In this document: positions 32,401 through 45,600 of the stretch, piece after piece
How the letters are laid out: the number at the start of each line of letters is the position of its first letter
How positions within the stretch are numbered: position 1 is the first letter of the stretch
Assembly: GCA_026936335.1 (NCBI GenBank)
Contig: JAPMXV010000032.1
Coordinates: 338,226 to 402,225 of the forward strand
Length of the DNA stretch: 64,000 bases
Source: Mantamonas sphyraenae STR306
Taxonomy: Eukaryota > Protista > CRuMs
Direction: 5' to 3'
Position numbers and translations under genes: made by a program
Notes under the pieces: model-generated
Database searches by the model: none
What the model was told of the DNA's origin: nothing
The model's input: the letters and a program-made list of their open reading frames with translations, nothing else

Positions 32401-35400
32401 CCTTGCTCTCGTACTCATCCACAGACACTGTGCGTTTGCCAGGCGAAACAAACACGGGTTTCGATCGTCGCACCTGTGCATGCGACCGTGCGGGTTTCCA
32501 TGGCGAGTCCTCGCCTTTGTCGTCCCCATCGTGTGGAACTGCCCCGTCCCCTTCCTCATCCTCATCATCGCTCCCGTCGTCCCCCAATCCCAACGCCTCC
32601 ACATCCACCAAATCCGTACTGTACACGCTGTCCGAGTCCCTGTGCGTCGACATGGGCGATCCCACGTCCGACAGCTCGTCCCCGTCCGCATTCGATCCTG
32701 TATCCCCTCGTCTTCCGTCGTCGCCTCCATGTCATCATCATCATCATCATCATCATCCCCCCTTCCTCAAGGGTCCTTCTGCGTGCATTGTGTGCTGTTT
32801 CTCTCTCTGATAACGTGCCACGCGCCGCAGATGATTGCAATCCACCGCTGCGGCCTCCTTGCTGAGGCGCCTGTTTGATCCTCCCAGCTGTGCTCGATCC
32901 ACGTTCCCTGCGTCCACCTCCTCGTGTACGCGATGCCAATAGGGCACTTCCACGTCCCACGCTGCCTTCGCGACTCCCATGCCGTACCCTGTTGTGCTCT
33001 CGCAGCGCTCGTTCGTCCAACTGACTTTGCCACCTTCCGGATCCATCACGTCCCTGGTACGCCCATGGCCGCTGTTGTTGTTGTTGTTGTTGTTGTTGCT
33101 TCCACTGCTGCTGGGATTGCTGTGATTGACTGCTGTCATCTCGTCCACCACCACCACCACCACCTCTCTGTCGTCCACCCACCATAGATCGGCTGCGTGA
33201 AGGCCCATGCGAATGTTGGTCTTCGCTCACAAACCTCTTTGGCCGCGCGTGTAGTTTGTATGACGACGACGATGTCGACGACTCGGAATCCGTCGTGTGC
33301 TGGCGTGGCGGACGCGTACGCATGGCACTCGACCGCTTGGGGAATCCTTCGGTGGTGGCAAACAAGTTGCGGTCGTAGCTGGCTGCACTGTGGCTGCTCA
33401 ATGTCTTGGGCACCGTCACAGTGCTTGGGATGTGACTGGCCGAGTTGAAGTTTGCGTGTGGCACCCTGCGTTCCATCCGCCCCAGTCCACTGTTTTTGCG
33501 TTTGGGCTTCAATCCAGCCTGCAACGATTCACCCATACCGCTGCCACTGCTGCTGCCACCGTTGCCCTGTTGTTGTTTCACGCGGAAGCGATCCAAACCC
33601 AACTGCGCCATCATGGCATAGTCCACTGGAATGAGGGTGGACGGGAACGGGGCACCTGCGTGCATGCTCATCTCAAACTCCACATCGTAGTACTGGTTGT
33701 TGATCCAATGCGGAATGTCAAAGGAGGGCGCCGTGTCCGAAATGTGATGCGTGCGGAACGCAGGCACCAGGTGCAACGGCACAGGTCCCAGATTCACCAG
33801 ATCCAAGCCGATGCCCTCGTCGATCATACGCTGCGTCGTCAGTTGATGCAGGTCTTTGTACACATCAAACACACCCGATCCTGCAGAAACCGTCAGCACC
33901 ATCTGTCCCGTGCGCATCAGGTCACGGTCAATGTAGTGCTTGTCAAAGATGTTCAGCGCAAGATTGATCATCTCCAAGAAATTCCCGTGCGCCGCGGTCG
34001 AATTGACTCCAATCGGATGGTCATCTTGCACCAACGACGACGAACGCACCATCATGGACGCTGAGGACTCCGACGAGGTTGAACCGGCACTGCTTGCTCG
34101 GCTGCGTGACCCGGTGCGAGTGGGGCTGTCGTACGGCTCCACCTGCGTCACCGAGGGAGACGCATCGCTGTTGGAAGCGTCTTGGATGACATCGTTGTAG
34201 GAACGCCAGCATGCAAGGTGCGGGAAGGAGGCAATCTCTCGCTTGAGCCTGTCCTTGAGGGAAAGAAAGTCAGGGCTCAGGTCGTTGTCAATCACCATCT
34301 TGTAGTAATCCTTGTAGTAGCGTTGGGTAATGGGGTCGAACAAAAGGCCCTCTGTGGAGTTTTCCTGCTTCAACGGATCCCAGGCGTCGAAGAAGGTGCG
34401 TGAAAACAGGACGACGGTGACGCAGTGGGAACAGCCAAGCGTCTGCCACTCCGTCCACAGCCGGCTCATGAATCGGTTGAGACATATTTCGTAGTAGAGC
34501 TCGCCCGTGTGGTGGTACTGCCACATCTCCTGCGACAACTGGATGCACAACAGGTACTTTGCGCTTCGAGAGCGGAAAATGAACTTGGTGTTTTCGGTGA
34601 TCAGGCCACAGCTCACCGGCGTGGTGTGGTTGATGAGCATCTCGCTCACCTGTGCATTGATGCCCGTAAACGTCAGACTCTTGCGCAGGTAAACACACGA
34701 ACCGTTGAGCTGCTGCTTCAGACGCCACATGTCCGATCGTGCGATGTACTGGTCCTTGAACATCAACGTCACAAACTCAAGTGCCACACTCTCAGGGTGG
34801 ATGCGACGCACATACACCTCTGAGCGAGCGTGCAGGCCAAACAGCTCCGCCACGTGTCGCAGCAGCGACAAATGGAAGTTTCCTGCCCGATTTCCTGACA
34901 CCAAGCCGCCTTCCGTCACCTGCGATGTGTTTCATGCACGCCCCACCTCATCGTGTGAGCACCTTGGACAAACACTCACCCTCCCGTTCCACCCCCCACA
35001 CACCCACACACACGCCACGTGTGGTGGAGGCAACACATAGGCACTGCGGCGCCGTGTACACACGTACATTGAGCAGCACTTTCTGGTAGGTTGCGTTGGG
35101 TTTTGCGATTTCCAAAATGTCCCCCACGCGGATCCAGGGAAAGTGGTCTGCGTTGATGGTCAGCTCGGCTGTGTTGAAGTCTCGGTTGTGTGTGTTGAGT
35201 CGGTGTGCTTTCCCGTCACCGTTGAGCATGCGGTTGTTGTTGGCCGTTCGTGTTGTTGTTGAGGAGGAGCTGCTGCTGCCTGCCCCGCTCCCTCCGCTCG
35301 TGCTGGCACTGCTGCTCCCACTGCTGCTCCCTCCACTCTGCAACGCTGCAGAACCATCCTCAGACAACACCTCTCCCTGTCCGTTGCTTGACGGGGACAG

Positions 35401-35571
35401 GGTGGCTGGGCCGTCCTTGCTCACCGTCGTCGCTGCTGACCCACGTCGGCCGCCTCGTGTTCGTCGCTGCCGGTTCTTCTGGTTCCCTCGTGAGCGCGAC
35501 GACCGACCTCGCAACCCCGCAATGGCAATTTTCTTGTTGGGGCTGCTCAGCGGGTGCAGTCGATTCGTCAT
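29395..35571 (-). CDS. DEPDC5: GATOR1 subunit DEPDC5/Iml1. Exon 35571-35068, then 34919 onward. Frame breaks near 32730-32765 and ~29768; stop at 29759 as read, or 29395 if corrected
   Basis: FKDQYIARSDMWRL; FIFRSRSAKYLLCIQLSQEMW; GNFLEMINLALNIFDKHYIDRDLMRTGQ; RRWSHIF; PACLPLTTDYFP; EVVSQRLAQGYQLV; YHWNYLDNLIC; EWLFLHYDSVFNPNKCYHLELRWLMCTG. Confidence 0.93.
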
Positions 35572-35675
35572 CGTCCACACTGGGTTCCTGCATGGGCAGT
35601 TTGGTTTTGTTGGAGCTGAGCGCGGGTCGTGATGGAGCACGGTCTGCTCGGTTTGCACGTGCACACCGCAAGACG

Positions 35676-35697
35676 CACACACACACACACACACACA
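35676..35697. repeat. (CA)n microsatellite between the adhesin gene and DEPDC5
   Basis: Seen directly. Confidence 0.9.
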
Positions 35698-35836
35698 TTG
35701 ACTAGAAATGGGTGGGGCACTCCTTCCATTGTCCATCACTTTCCCACCTGTTTCAGCCCCGACCCAGCACTCGTCTCTCTCTCTCACCATCCTCCTTCAC
35801 TTCCTCACTTCTTGGCGGGTGGTGGAGGCGGAAGCT

Positions 35837-36608
35837 TCATGCCTGGGTTGGCAGAGCCGGCAGTTTGCCCTTGGACTGCTTGCCAGGTGCCGAGGGAAGG
35901 GAAGGCAGGTTGCCTCCCGAAGGCATGGGTGGCAACGAGGGCAGACGACCAGCAGGTGGCACCAATGGCATCACACGATGATGCTCCACCTGGTCATGAG
36001 TCTTCTCCTCGTCTTCGTCCTCGTCCTCCACGTTCCCTGCTTCTTCTTCCTCCTCTTCCTCTCGCTCCTCCACACGTTGCTGCTGTCCCTTTCGCTGCTG
36101 TTCGTCCTCGCTGACGTCGCTCAGCAACTCTTCCTCCTCCTCATCATGCCCATCGTCCTCTTCCCTTTCCTCCTTCACACTGGGCATCTTTCCGGGCAGC
36201 GGCAGAGTGTTCAACAACACCTGCTTCTGCCTCAGCTTCTTTGGCGTCTCTCGGCTGCTCCCCGTGCTACCTACGCTGCTCGTGCTGCCACTGCGTCGCC
36301 TTTCAGACGACAAAGGCTTCTTCAACGGCGGTGGCAACGTCGTCATCGTTCGCGGACTCTGATCGCCATGTTTCACCTTGCGCGGCGGCGGCGGCAGCGT
36401 GCCCATACTGCTGTGGCTGCTCTCCATGCTTCCTCCAATGTCTGTCATCTCACTGCCTGTGCTGGCCATGCTGTTGGCACTTTCAGATCGCAACGCCAGC
36501 CCCGGACTCTTGCCCAGTGCACCCAGTGCATTCACACCCGCTATCACACGCGGAGGCGGACGCAACGGCTTCAACGGGCTCATGCCATGTCTGCTGTTGC
36601 TGCTGTCA

Positions 36609-36646
<38 letters not shown>

Positions 36647-39600
36647 TCGTCCACGAGGTGGCACCACCATCATCGGCGGCGGCAGCTTGTTCTCGCTGAT
36701 GCCTTCCAGGGGAGGCAGTTTGCTGCGTCGTGCTCCCTGCCCAGGCAGACTCGTCAGACGGGGCAACCCATCCGACACACGTCGCGCACTCTTGACATTG
36801 CCATGGCCACCTTGCTCCTGCGACGTGCGACGAGGCATTGGCAACCCACCCGATTGCATCATTCCGGCCAAATCCGAACGGGAACGTGTCTTGGTCTTGC
36901 CACCACCCGAGCCATGGCGGCGGTGGTTGTCAGCCTCAAACATGTCACCCGCACGCGCATTGCGATTTCTTCGCTGGGACTGCAATCGCATGGCACCGGC
37001 ATGTGTGTTCACCACGCCACGCAGCATCGGGAGCGAAGGCACAGCTCCACTTGCGCCCACATCCTTGTCCGACGCCGCAAGGTTCTGTTGATAGCGCATG
37101 GCAGCTTCGTCCTCGTCATCGTCATCGTAGCCTCCCAATGCAGGCAACACCGGGATGCGTGGCAGACCATCCCTGTGTTGTTGTTGCTGTTGCTGCTGAC
37201 CACGGCGTCCTCCCAGTCGTCCGCCGTTCATCATGCCCATCAGATTGGGCAGGCTTGTGTCTTCGTCTTCCTTCTCTTCATCCGTCTTCACCACTTCCTC
37301 TTCCAACTCGGACTCCGAATGGCTCTCGCCACTCTCCACGTCCTCTCCGTCATCAACGCCCTTGGTTGGTTCATCCCACGCTGCCTTGGGCTTGGTCAAA
37401 AGGTCTTCCGGCGCGACCTTGTTCTTGCCCACGTGCTGCTGTGCCGCCGATCGCTTGAACAGCCACCAGTACACCAGCCAGTACACAAGCACCTCGCAGA
37501 TCACCAACACAGCCACCCACCACAGCACACACATGAAACACAGCACGCACACGCCTGTGGCAAGTGCCAGTTCCAGCAACCAGCCCAGGCGTTCGTTGCG
37601 ACGCATCTTGGCAGGCGTCCAACCGCCCGTGAGCATCGTCACCGCACCCGACTCGTCGCCCTTCAGCTTGCCACTGATCACATTGCCCGCAGGATCCACC
37701 GCAAGCGGTTCCACCCTGCTCAATTGTTCCATATGGCGCTTGAAGTTGCGAGCCCAGTTGAAGCCCACAATCTCCATCACAAGCAGAAGCAACGACAGCA
37801 CAATGGCCAGTGCCCACAGTTCCGTCGCACAATCACCAGGCACAATCGGTGCATTGGTGCCAAAGTTGCCCTGCAGCGGTGTCGAAGTGCACTGCGAGAA
37901 CAGCGACGTCTCCAACGCGTTGCGGATGCCCGTCGTCGTGCTCACCGTCCATGCACCCACCGTGGGAGGAGTGGCCACACCGGCCACATCCTTCAACGTA
38001 ATCTCCAGCGTCTTGGCGTCCTTCCACACACCGGCATAGTCCGATGCCAGCGGCGAGGTGAAGCTCAAGATGGCGTCGATTTCCGCCTTGGTGCTCACTG
38101 GAGGTTGGTTCGTCGATGCCATAAACACCACCGTCAACACATCGCCCACGCTGTACGTGTTGTCTCCGTTGTCCGGATCGCTCATGGTCACACTGGCGAA
38201 GCATGGGCCCGCCAGCTCGCCGAATGAGCCTCCCACCAGGTACTGTCCGCGTGTGGGCCTCGATGTGCCCGCCGAGTTGCGAATGTCGCCCACAATCTCC
38301 ACCATGAGCTGCGCGGCTGTGTTGCGTGCAGACACGGAGCGGCTGCGTTGGCTGACCAACGAACCGGGGTTGCTGCCGGCGATGTTCGGCACAGCCACAC
38401 CCGTAATGTCCAACAGAGTCACCTGCAGGCGCTTGTTGCCGTCCAACCACTCGCCAGCATAGTCGACACCAATGGGTGCGTTGAAGGACAACAGTGCATC
38501 CACCTGGGCTTTGGTGTTGGCCGGCGGCGCGTTGGTTGCCGTCAGGAAGATGACCTCAAAGACGTCGCCTACGCTGTACACTGCATCGGCATCGTCTGGA
38601 TCACGGAAGCGCACTGTCTGCACAATCGGACCCTGCAGAGTGCCCCAGTCGCCCACCGACGACGGCGACACGGCACCCGTCGCAGATCCAGACGTGCCGT
38701 CCGCCGTCTTGATCGGACCAATGATCGTAATTGTCACGTTGGCATCGATGTCCAATCCCAGCACGGGGTCCACGCTCACAATCGTAATCACCAGCACCGA
38801 GTTGTTCCTCCACACACCCGTGTAATCCGTGCCCAATGGCACAGAGCTGCTGATCAGCGCGTCAATGTCCGTCTTTGTCGCAGCCGGTGGCATATTCGTT
38901 GGTCTGTCAAAGAAGAGTGTCACCGTATCGCCCGCACTGTGAACTCCGTCGCTGTTGTCCGGATCCTCTACCAGCACAGAGTACACACGTGGTGCCTCTG
39001 GCGGCGTCCAACCCACAATGTTCCCCACGTCCGGCAATCCACTGCCGATGTCCGCAGGAATCACCTCTGGGAACGACAGCTTCAGAGCTGTGCCATTGAT
39101 CCACGTGGCATTGTACGTCAGGTTGCCCAGCCAGGGCATCGGGTAGAACGCATCAATCTGTGCCTGGGTAGCCACCGGTGGCTGGCGTGTGTCCTGGGTC
39201 CAGTGCACCAGCACTGTGTACGCATCCACCGTCTCGATCAGACGGATGTGCGGGTCGTATGTGCCGTACGTGCCTGTAGCGCCTGTGCGGGAAGCCACAG
39301 ACACCAGCGAAAAGAGCCCAGCGTTCTTCAGACCCGCTGCCTGGCGCACGCTCACCGTCAGATTGCTCAACACAGGCACGGTCACCCCGGTGCCATTGGT
39401 GATGGTGATGCGCACTGTCGACGCGTTCACCCAAGTGCCGCTGTACTCGAGGCCAATGGGTGCGCTGAATGCAAACACCGCATCGACGCCGGCCTTGCCT
39501 GTGCCCAGAGATGGCTGGTTGGTGGCCTCTGCAAAACGGATCCACACTTGGTCGCCAGAGTCCACCACAATGTCATCGTCCAGGGGATCGACCACCAACA

Positions 39601-42600
39601 CCTGCTGGATGGCCGGACCTGCAAGCAGACCGTAGTTGCCCACCACCGTCTTGGTGGCACGCGACACGAGCGTGGTCGAGGCCGCGTTGCGCAGGTTGCC
39701 CACCACGGTCACGTTGAACGCACCCAGGGTGGGACCCGTGGCAGCCGGTGTCACCACGCGGATCTCTGCACACGAGGCGTTGTACCACACGCCAGCGTAA
39801 TCCAGGGCAAACACAGCATCAAAGGCAAACACCTGATCCACCTGTGTCTTGTTGCTGCCCAGCGTCGGCTGGTTCGTGGTTTCGTTGAAGCACACTCGCA
39901 ACACATCGCCGGCATCGTACAGAGCGTCGTCGTCTGTTGGATCACGCACCACAGCACTTACAATGTGCGGGCCCTTGGGCAAGTGGCGCACAAACACACT
40001 CGCCTGTCCCATGCCCACGTCTGTGCCATCGTCCAGCGAGTACAGCCATGTGTCCACACGGTTGTCCAACTCGCCACCCAACGGCTCGTAGATGACCTGG
40101 AACGCCGCGTTGGCCACTGTCACGTTGGTGCTCACAATCGCTGCGCCCTTGGTCACCCCATCCGCCGTTTGGTACAGCGTACCCACTGTGGGCAAGCTCA
40201 CAATGCGCGACACAAGCGCACTGCCTTCCACGTCGCTGCCACCCAGGCTCACTGTGATGGCTGTGTCCTCGCTGGTGCTCACGCTTGTGTTGCTGGCCAG
40301 CGGAACGTCGTTCACAGACACCACCGTGATGGCCACCACACGCGCGGCCGTGGTTGCTGTACCACTGCCTGTGTTGCCCTGGTCGTTGACACTCACAGTC
40401 AGTGTGTCGCCACCAAAGTAGTGTGCGTTGGGCGTGTACGTCAGACTCGCCAGCGCAGCGTTCACCTGCGTCAGCGTGCCCGTAAACGCCACTCCCGTCG
40501 CAGGCGTCGAGCCAGACCCAATCACAAAGGTCAAACCCGTGGTTGTGGCCATCAACATGCGACCATTGTTCACAGCCAGACCCACGCGCAGATCGCCCGT
40601 CAGCGAATCCACATCGCTCACACTCAGACCAGCCACATTCAACGTCACATCCTCCGACGTGGTCTGTGTGCTCGGCGCCTGCAGCACCACCTGGTCATTG
40701 ACTGCGTTCACCGTGATGGGTGTGCTTGCCGAAGCCGTCTGTGCACCACCCACGCCAGTCCAACCCAGGTCGCTCACACGCACCTCCAGCGTGTCAGCGC
40801 CGTTCGTGTGCAGGTCGCCATGGTACACAATGTTGGCCACAGCCGCACTCAACACACCCAGGGTGCCTCGCATCTGCATGTGTGCCGATGCGTTGTGTGC
40901 GCCGCTCACAAACGCCACTCCGGCGTGTGCAGGCAGCGTCAACACGCCACGCGACACGGTCAGGTTGACTTCCATCACGTTGGTGCCACCCACGTCCACG
41001 TCGCTCAGGCTCAGGCCGGAAATGGTCAGATCGGTGTCTTCGTTCACACTCTGGGCACCCGGGGCACTGACAGTCGGTGCATCATTCACAGCCTGCACCG
41101 TCACATTGACGACGCCAGTTGTCTGCAGCGCACCACCCACGCCTGTGTTGCCCAAATCGTTCACACGCACCATCACCGCATCCACGCCGTTGTAGTGCTG
41201 TGTGCCACGGTAAACCACCGCATTCAATGCAGCATTCGCGTCGGTCAGCGTGGAACGGAAGCGAATCGTCGGATCGGCCACGCCATCGCCCACCAGAGCA
41301 GACAGGCCAGAGACGGATGACAACCACAGGTTACCCTGGGTCACACTGAGTTCCACCTCCACCATGGCCGCAGCCACATCCACATCGCTCACAGAAATCG
41401 AAGCCAGGGTCACGTCCGTGTCTTCCGACACGGCCACCGCAGAGCCCAACTGCAGCACAGGTGCATCGTTGACAGCCTCCACGACGATGGCCAAGGAATC
41501 AAAGGCCACGCCCTCACCCCCAGAGCCCACGTGGCCCTGGTCACTCAGGCGCACCTCCAAGGCATCGTTTCCAGCAAAGTGCAACGCACCCTGGTACACA
41601 ATCGTGTCCACCGCACCTTGCAAACTCGTGAGCGTGCCCGTCATCACCACCGAGCCCACATTGCTGGCCCCACCCGCGCTCACAAGCGTCACCCCTGTCG
41701 TGGTCGGCAGGCTGATCACACCCTGTGACACACTCAGGTTCAGGTGCAGCGCATTCGCTGCCACATCCACATCGGAAATGTTGATGGCATGGCTCAGCGT
41801 CAGCAATGTGTCCTCACTCACCGCAAACGTGGCATTGGCCACCCTCAACGTCGGCGCGTCGTTGATGGCCGCCACGGTGATTGTACTGGACACACTTGCT
41901 CCCTTGGCACCACCTGCGCCCGTGTGACCGTTGTCGCTCACACTCAGACTCAGCGTATCCGTGCCAACAAAATGCAGCGCACCGCGGTAGCGCATGCCAT
42001 TCAAGGCCACGTTCAGGGCCGTGCGCGTGCCGCTCATGCGCAGCACCGCCTCGTTGCCCAGTCCCGTGCCCGTGGTGAAGGTCAACCCGGCCACACTGTT
42101 CAGCGACAGCGTGCCTGCCGTCACACTCATGTTCAGCGACATGGTGTTCGCACCCACGTCCACATCCGTGACGTACACACCCGTCACCACCAGATCCGTG
42201 TCCTCGTCCACAGTCAGAGTAGGCGCAAGGCTGGCAATGACTGGTGCATCGTTGACCGCAAACACTGTCAGTGCCACCGTCACTTGCGTCTGCAACGACG
42301 TGCCAACACCTGTGTGGCCGTTGTCGGACACCCACACCTTCAGGCTGTCACTTCCCGAAAATCCGTTGGGACCCTGGTACACCAACCCGGGCGTCGTCAG
42401 CGCCGCATTCACACTCGTCAGTGTACCCGAGAACACCATCTGCGTGTTGTTGATACCGTTGCCCACGTTGAAACTGAGACCAGCGGTCGAACCCAGCCAC
42501 AGACTGCCCTCCGTCACACTCACGTTGACGGTCAGCGCACCTGCAGCCACATCCACGTCGCTCACACTCACTGACGTCACCGTCAGCTGTGCGTCCTCGC

Positions 42601-45600
42601 CCACTGCCAGAGCACTGGGTGCGGCAATGACCGGCGCGTCGTTCACAGCCTCCACGGACACTGTTACTTGGGCGCTGTGCGTCCGTTCACCACCTGCCCC
42701 GATGCCGCCGTTGTCCGAAACCCACAGCGAGATGCTATCGGCGCCAAACACGTGCTGATTGCCGCGATACACAAAGTTGTTCAGCGCCGCATTCAGCGCT
42801 GTCAATGTACCCGTCACCTCCGTGCGCGCGTTGAACATGCCCGACACACCCGTGTGCACTGTCAGACCAGCATAGCTGGCAAACTGCACGACACCGATGG
42901 AGCATGACACGTTCAGGGACATTGCAACACTGTCAACATCCACGTCCGTCACAGTCACACCGCCCACAGTCAGCTGCGTGTCCTCACTCACCGCAAACGA
43001 CGTAGTGGCAACCACAAAGAAGGGCGCGTCGTTCACAGCACCGACCAGCAGACCCACCGAAGCGGCATGTGTTTGCACACCGCCAACTCCAGACGCACCG
43101 TTGTCGCTCACATTCAACGACAACACGTCCAAGCCCACAAAGTCGGCGTCTCCACGGTACACCAACCCACCCAGGGCGTTGTTCAGGGCAGTCAATGTGC
43201 CCTGCATCGCCATCGATGTGTCCGCCGTGCCGTTTCCTGACGAGAACGTCAGGCCACTCGTCGACACCAACCACAGTCGGCCACGGGTCACACCCAGGTC
43301 CAAACGCATGGTGGCCGAACCAACGTCCACATCGCTCACACTCAGGCCAACCACAGTGTACTGCGTCTCCTCAGCCACGCTCGCGTTGCCTGCAGGCACA
43401 GTCAACACAGGCGCGTCGTTCACAGCTTCCACCGCGATACTCACCGTCTTGTTCACAGCCAGAGCTCCACCCGACCCAAAGTTGCCCAGATCAGACACCC
43501 ACACAAGCAGGGCATCTGTACCCTCAAAGTGCAGGTTTCCTCGGTACGACACCGAGCTCAGAGCTGCGTTCACCCGCGTCAGGTCCGCTGTGAACACCAT
43601 GGCTGGATCGGCAGAACCATCGCCCAGGGCAAACGTAAGCCCTGTCGTGGTCCCCAGGGACAACGTGCCGAATTGAACACTGACATTGGCCATCATGGTC
43701 TGATTGGCCACATCCACGTCCGCCACCGTCATCGCAGGCACGGTCAGGATCATGTCCTCGCTCACAGCCTGTGGGCCAGGCACACTCAGTTGCAACACGT
43801 CGTTCACGGCATTGACGACAATGTCCACGCCCTGTTGGTCCGTGCGCACACCACCTGCACCCACATTGCCCTCGTCGCTGATGCTAAGCACCAGACGGTC
43901 GTTGCCAAAGTAGTTGCTGTCAGGGCGGTACAGCATTGTGTTCACCGCACTGTTCACCGAGGTCAGGTTTCCACGGACAACCACGTAGCTGCTGCCCTGT
44001 ACACCGTCGCTCACGACCACTCCCGCAGTCGAACCGAACCAAATCACACCGCGGCTCACGTTAGCAGCAAGTGTCATCAGTCCAGAGGCTGCGTCGACGT
44101 CCAACACGCCGAAGCCGGTCATAGTCAACGTCGTGTCTTCGTCCACATTCTGGGCGGCAATCACACTCAGCACAGGACCGTCGTTCACTGCCGTCACAGT
44201 GATGACCGTCTGCCTGCTATCGCGCAACACAGGACCGACACCCACGTTGCCATTGTCGCTCACATTTGCCACCAGCGTATCCACACCAAAGAAGTCCTGG
44301 TTGCCCCGATACACCACTGCGGCCAATGCAGCGTTCGCCGCCGTCACAGTGCCGTTGAACTCCATAACGGCATCCTGGGCACCGTCGCCCACACCAAACA
44401 CCAGCGAAGTGGTAATGGGGAGCGTCAGGCGACCCTGACTCACGGCAAGACGCACCGTAAGCGGCTGCGTGTTGGAATCCACATCCGACACAGACACACC
44501 GCTCACCGTCAGATCCACATCCTCGGCCACCGTCGCCTGACTAGGAGCAGCCATCGACGGCCCATCATTGATGGCAACCACCGTCACACCCACCGTGTGG
44601 TTCACAGACAGCGGTCCACCGATGCCGGCGGAGCCTAGATCTGACACAGACACAGAAACAGTAGCCGCTCCGTTGAAGTGCGTCGACCCAAGGAACACCA
44701 CCTGCGCCATTGCTGCATTCACACTGGTCAGAGTGCCACGTGCACGCAGACCGGCATCCGATGTTCCATCACCGACAGTGAAGGTCAAACCCGCGGTGCT
44801 TACCAGGCTTACCACACCGTTCGTAGCCGTCACCTCCATCTCCAGCTGTGCAGCTGCCACGTCTACATCACTCACAGCAAGCCCACTCAGAGTCAGCTCC
44901 GTGTCTTCGGACACAGAAGCATCGGAAGGCACCGTGACAAACACCGGTCCATCGTTCACGGCAGACACCGTGATGGGCACGCTCTTCGAGTCACTCAGCA
45001 CACCACCGGCACCAACACCTCCCAGATCGCTAACCGACACCACCAAGGCGTCTCCGCCATTGTAGTGCAAAGCGCCACGGTACACAAGCGCGCTCAGAGC
45101 TGCGTTCACTGCGGTCAAATTACCGCGCACACGCATCGAGGCATCCGCAACACCGTCGCCGACCAGGAATGCAAGCTGCGACACGGGAGGCGCCACACTC
45201 AGTACGCCCTGGCTCACACTGACGTTGACCTCAAGCTGATTCGCGGCAACGTCGACATCCGAAATGCTCAACGAACCGATAGTCAAGTCAGTGTCTTCCA
45301 GAACCGCAAGGCTGCTCGGCACACTCCACACTGGTGCGTCGTTCACAGCATCCACTGTCAGCGCAATCGATCCCAAAGTCTGCCTGATGCCTCCAGAGCC
45401 CGTGTTGCCCTGGTCATCCACAACGATGGACACCGTGTCTGCCCCGTTGAAGTGCAGCACACCTTGGTACACAAGACCCGGCGAACTGAGGGCTGCGTTC
45501 ACAGCAGTCCTCGTGCCTGAGAACACCATGCGCTGCTCCGATGTCGAACTGCCCAGAGTAAACGACAAACCGGTCGACGAGCCGAGAGACATCACGCCGC

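Noticed and set aside
32725-32820. Met-run (ATG)n or TGA read-through / alternative genetic code in DEPDC5
   Set aside because: The (GAT)n tract reads best as poly-Asp flanked by two small indels, or lies in an unresolved intron. TAA, TAG and TGA all serve as normal stops elsewhere in the window.
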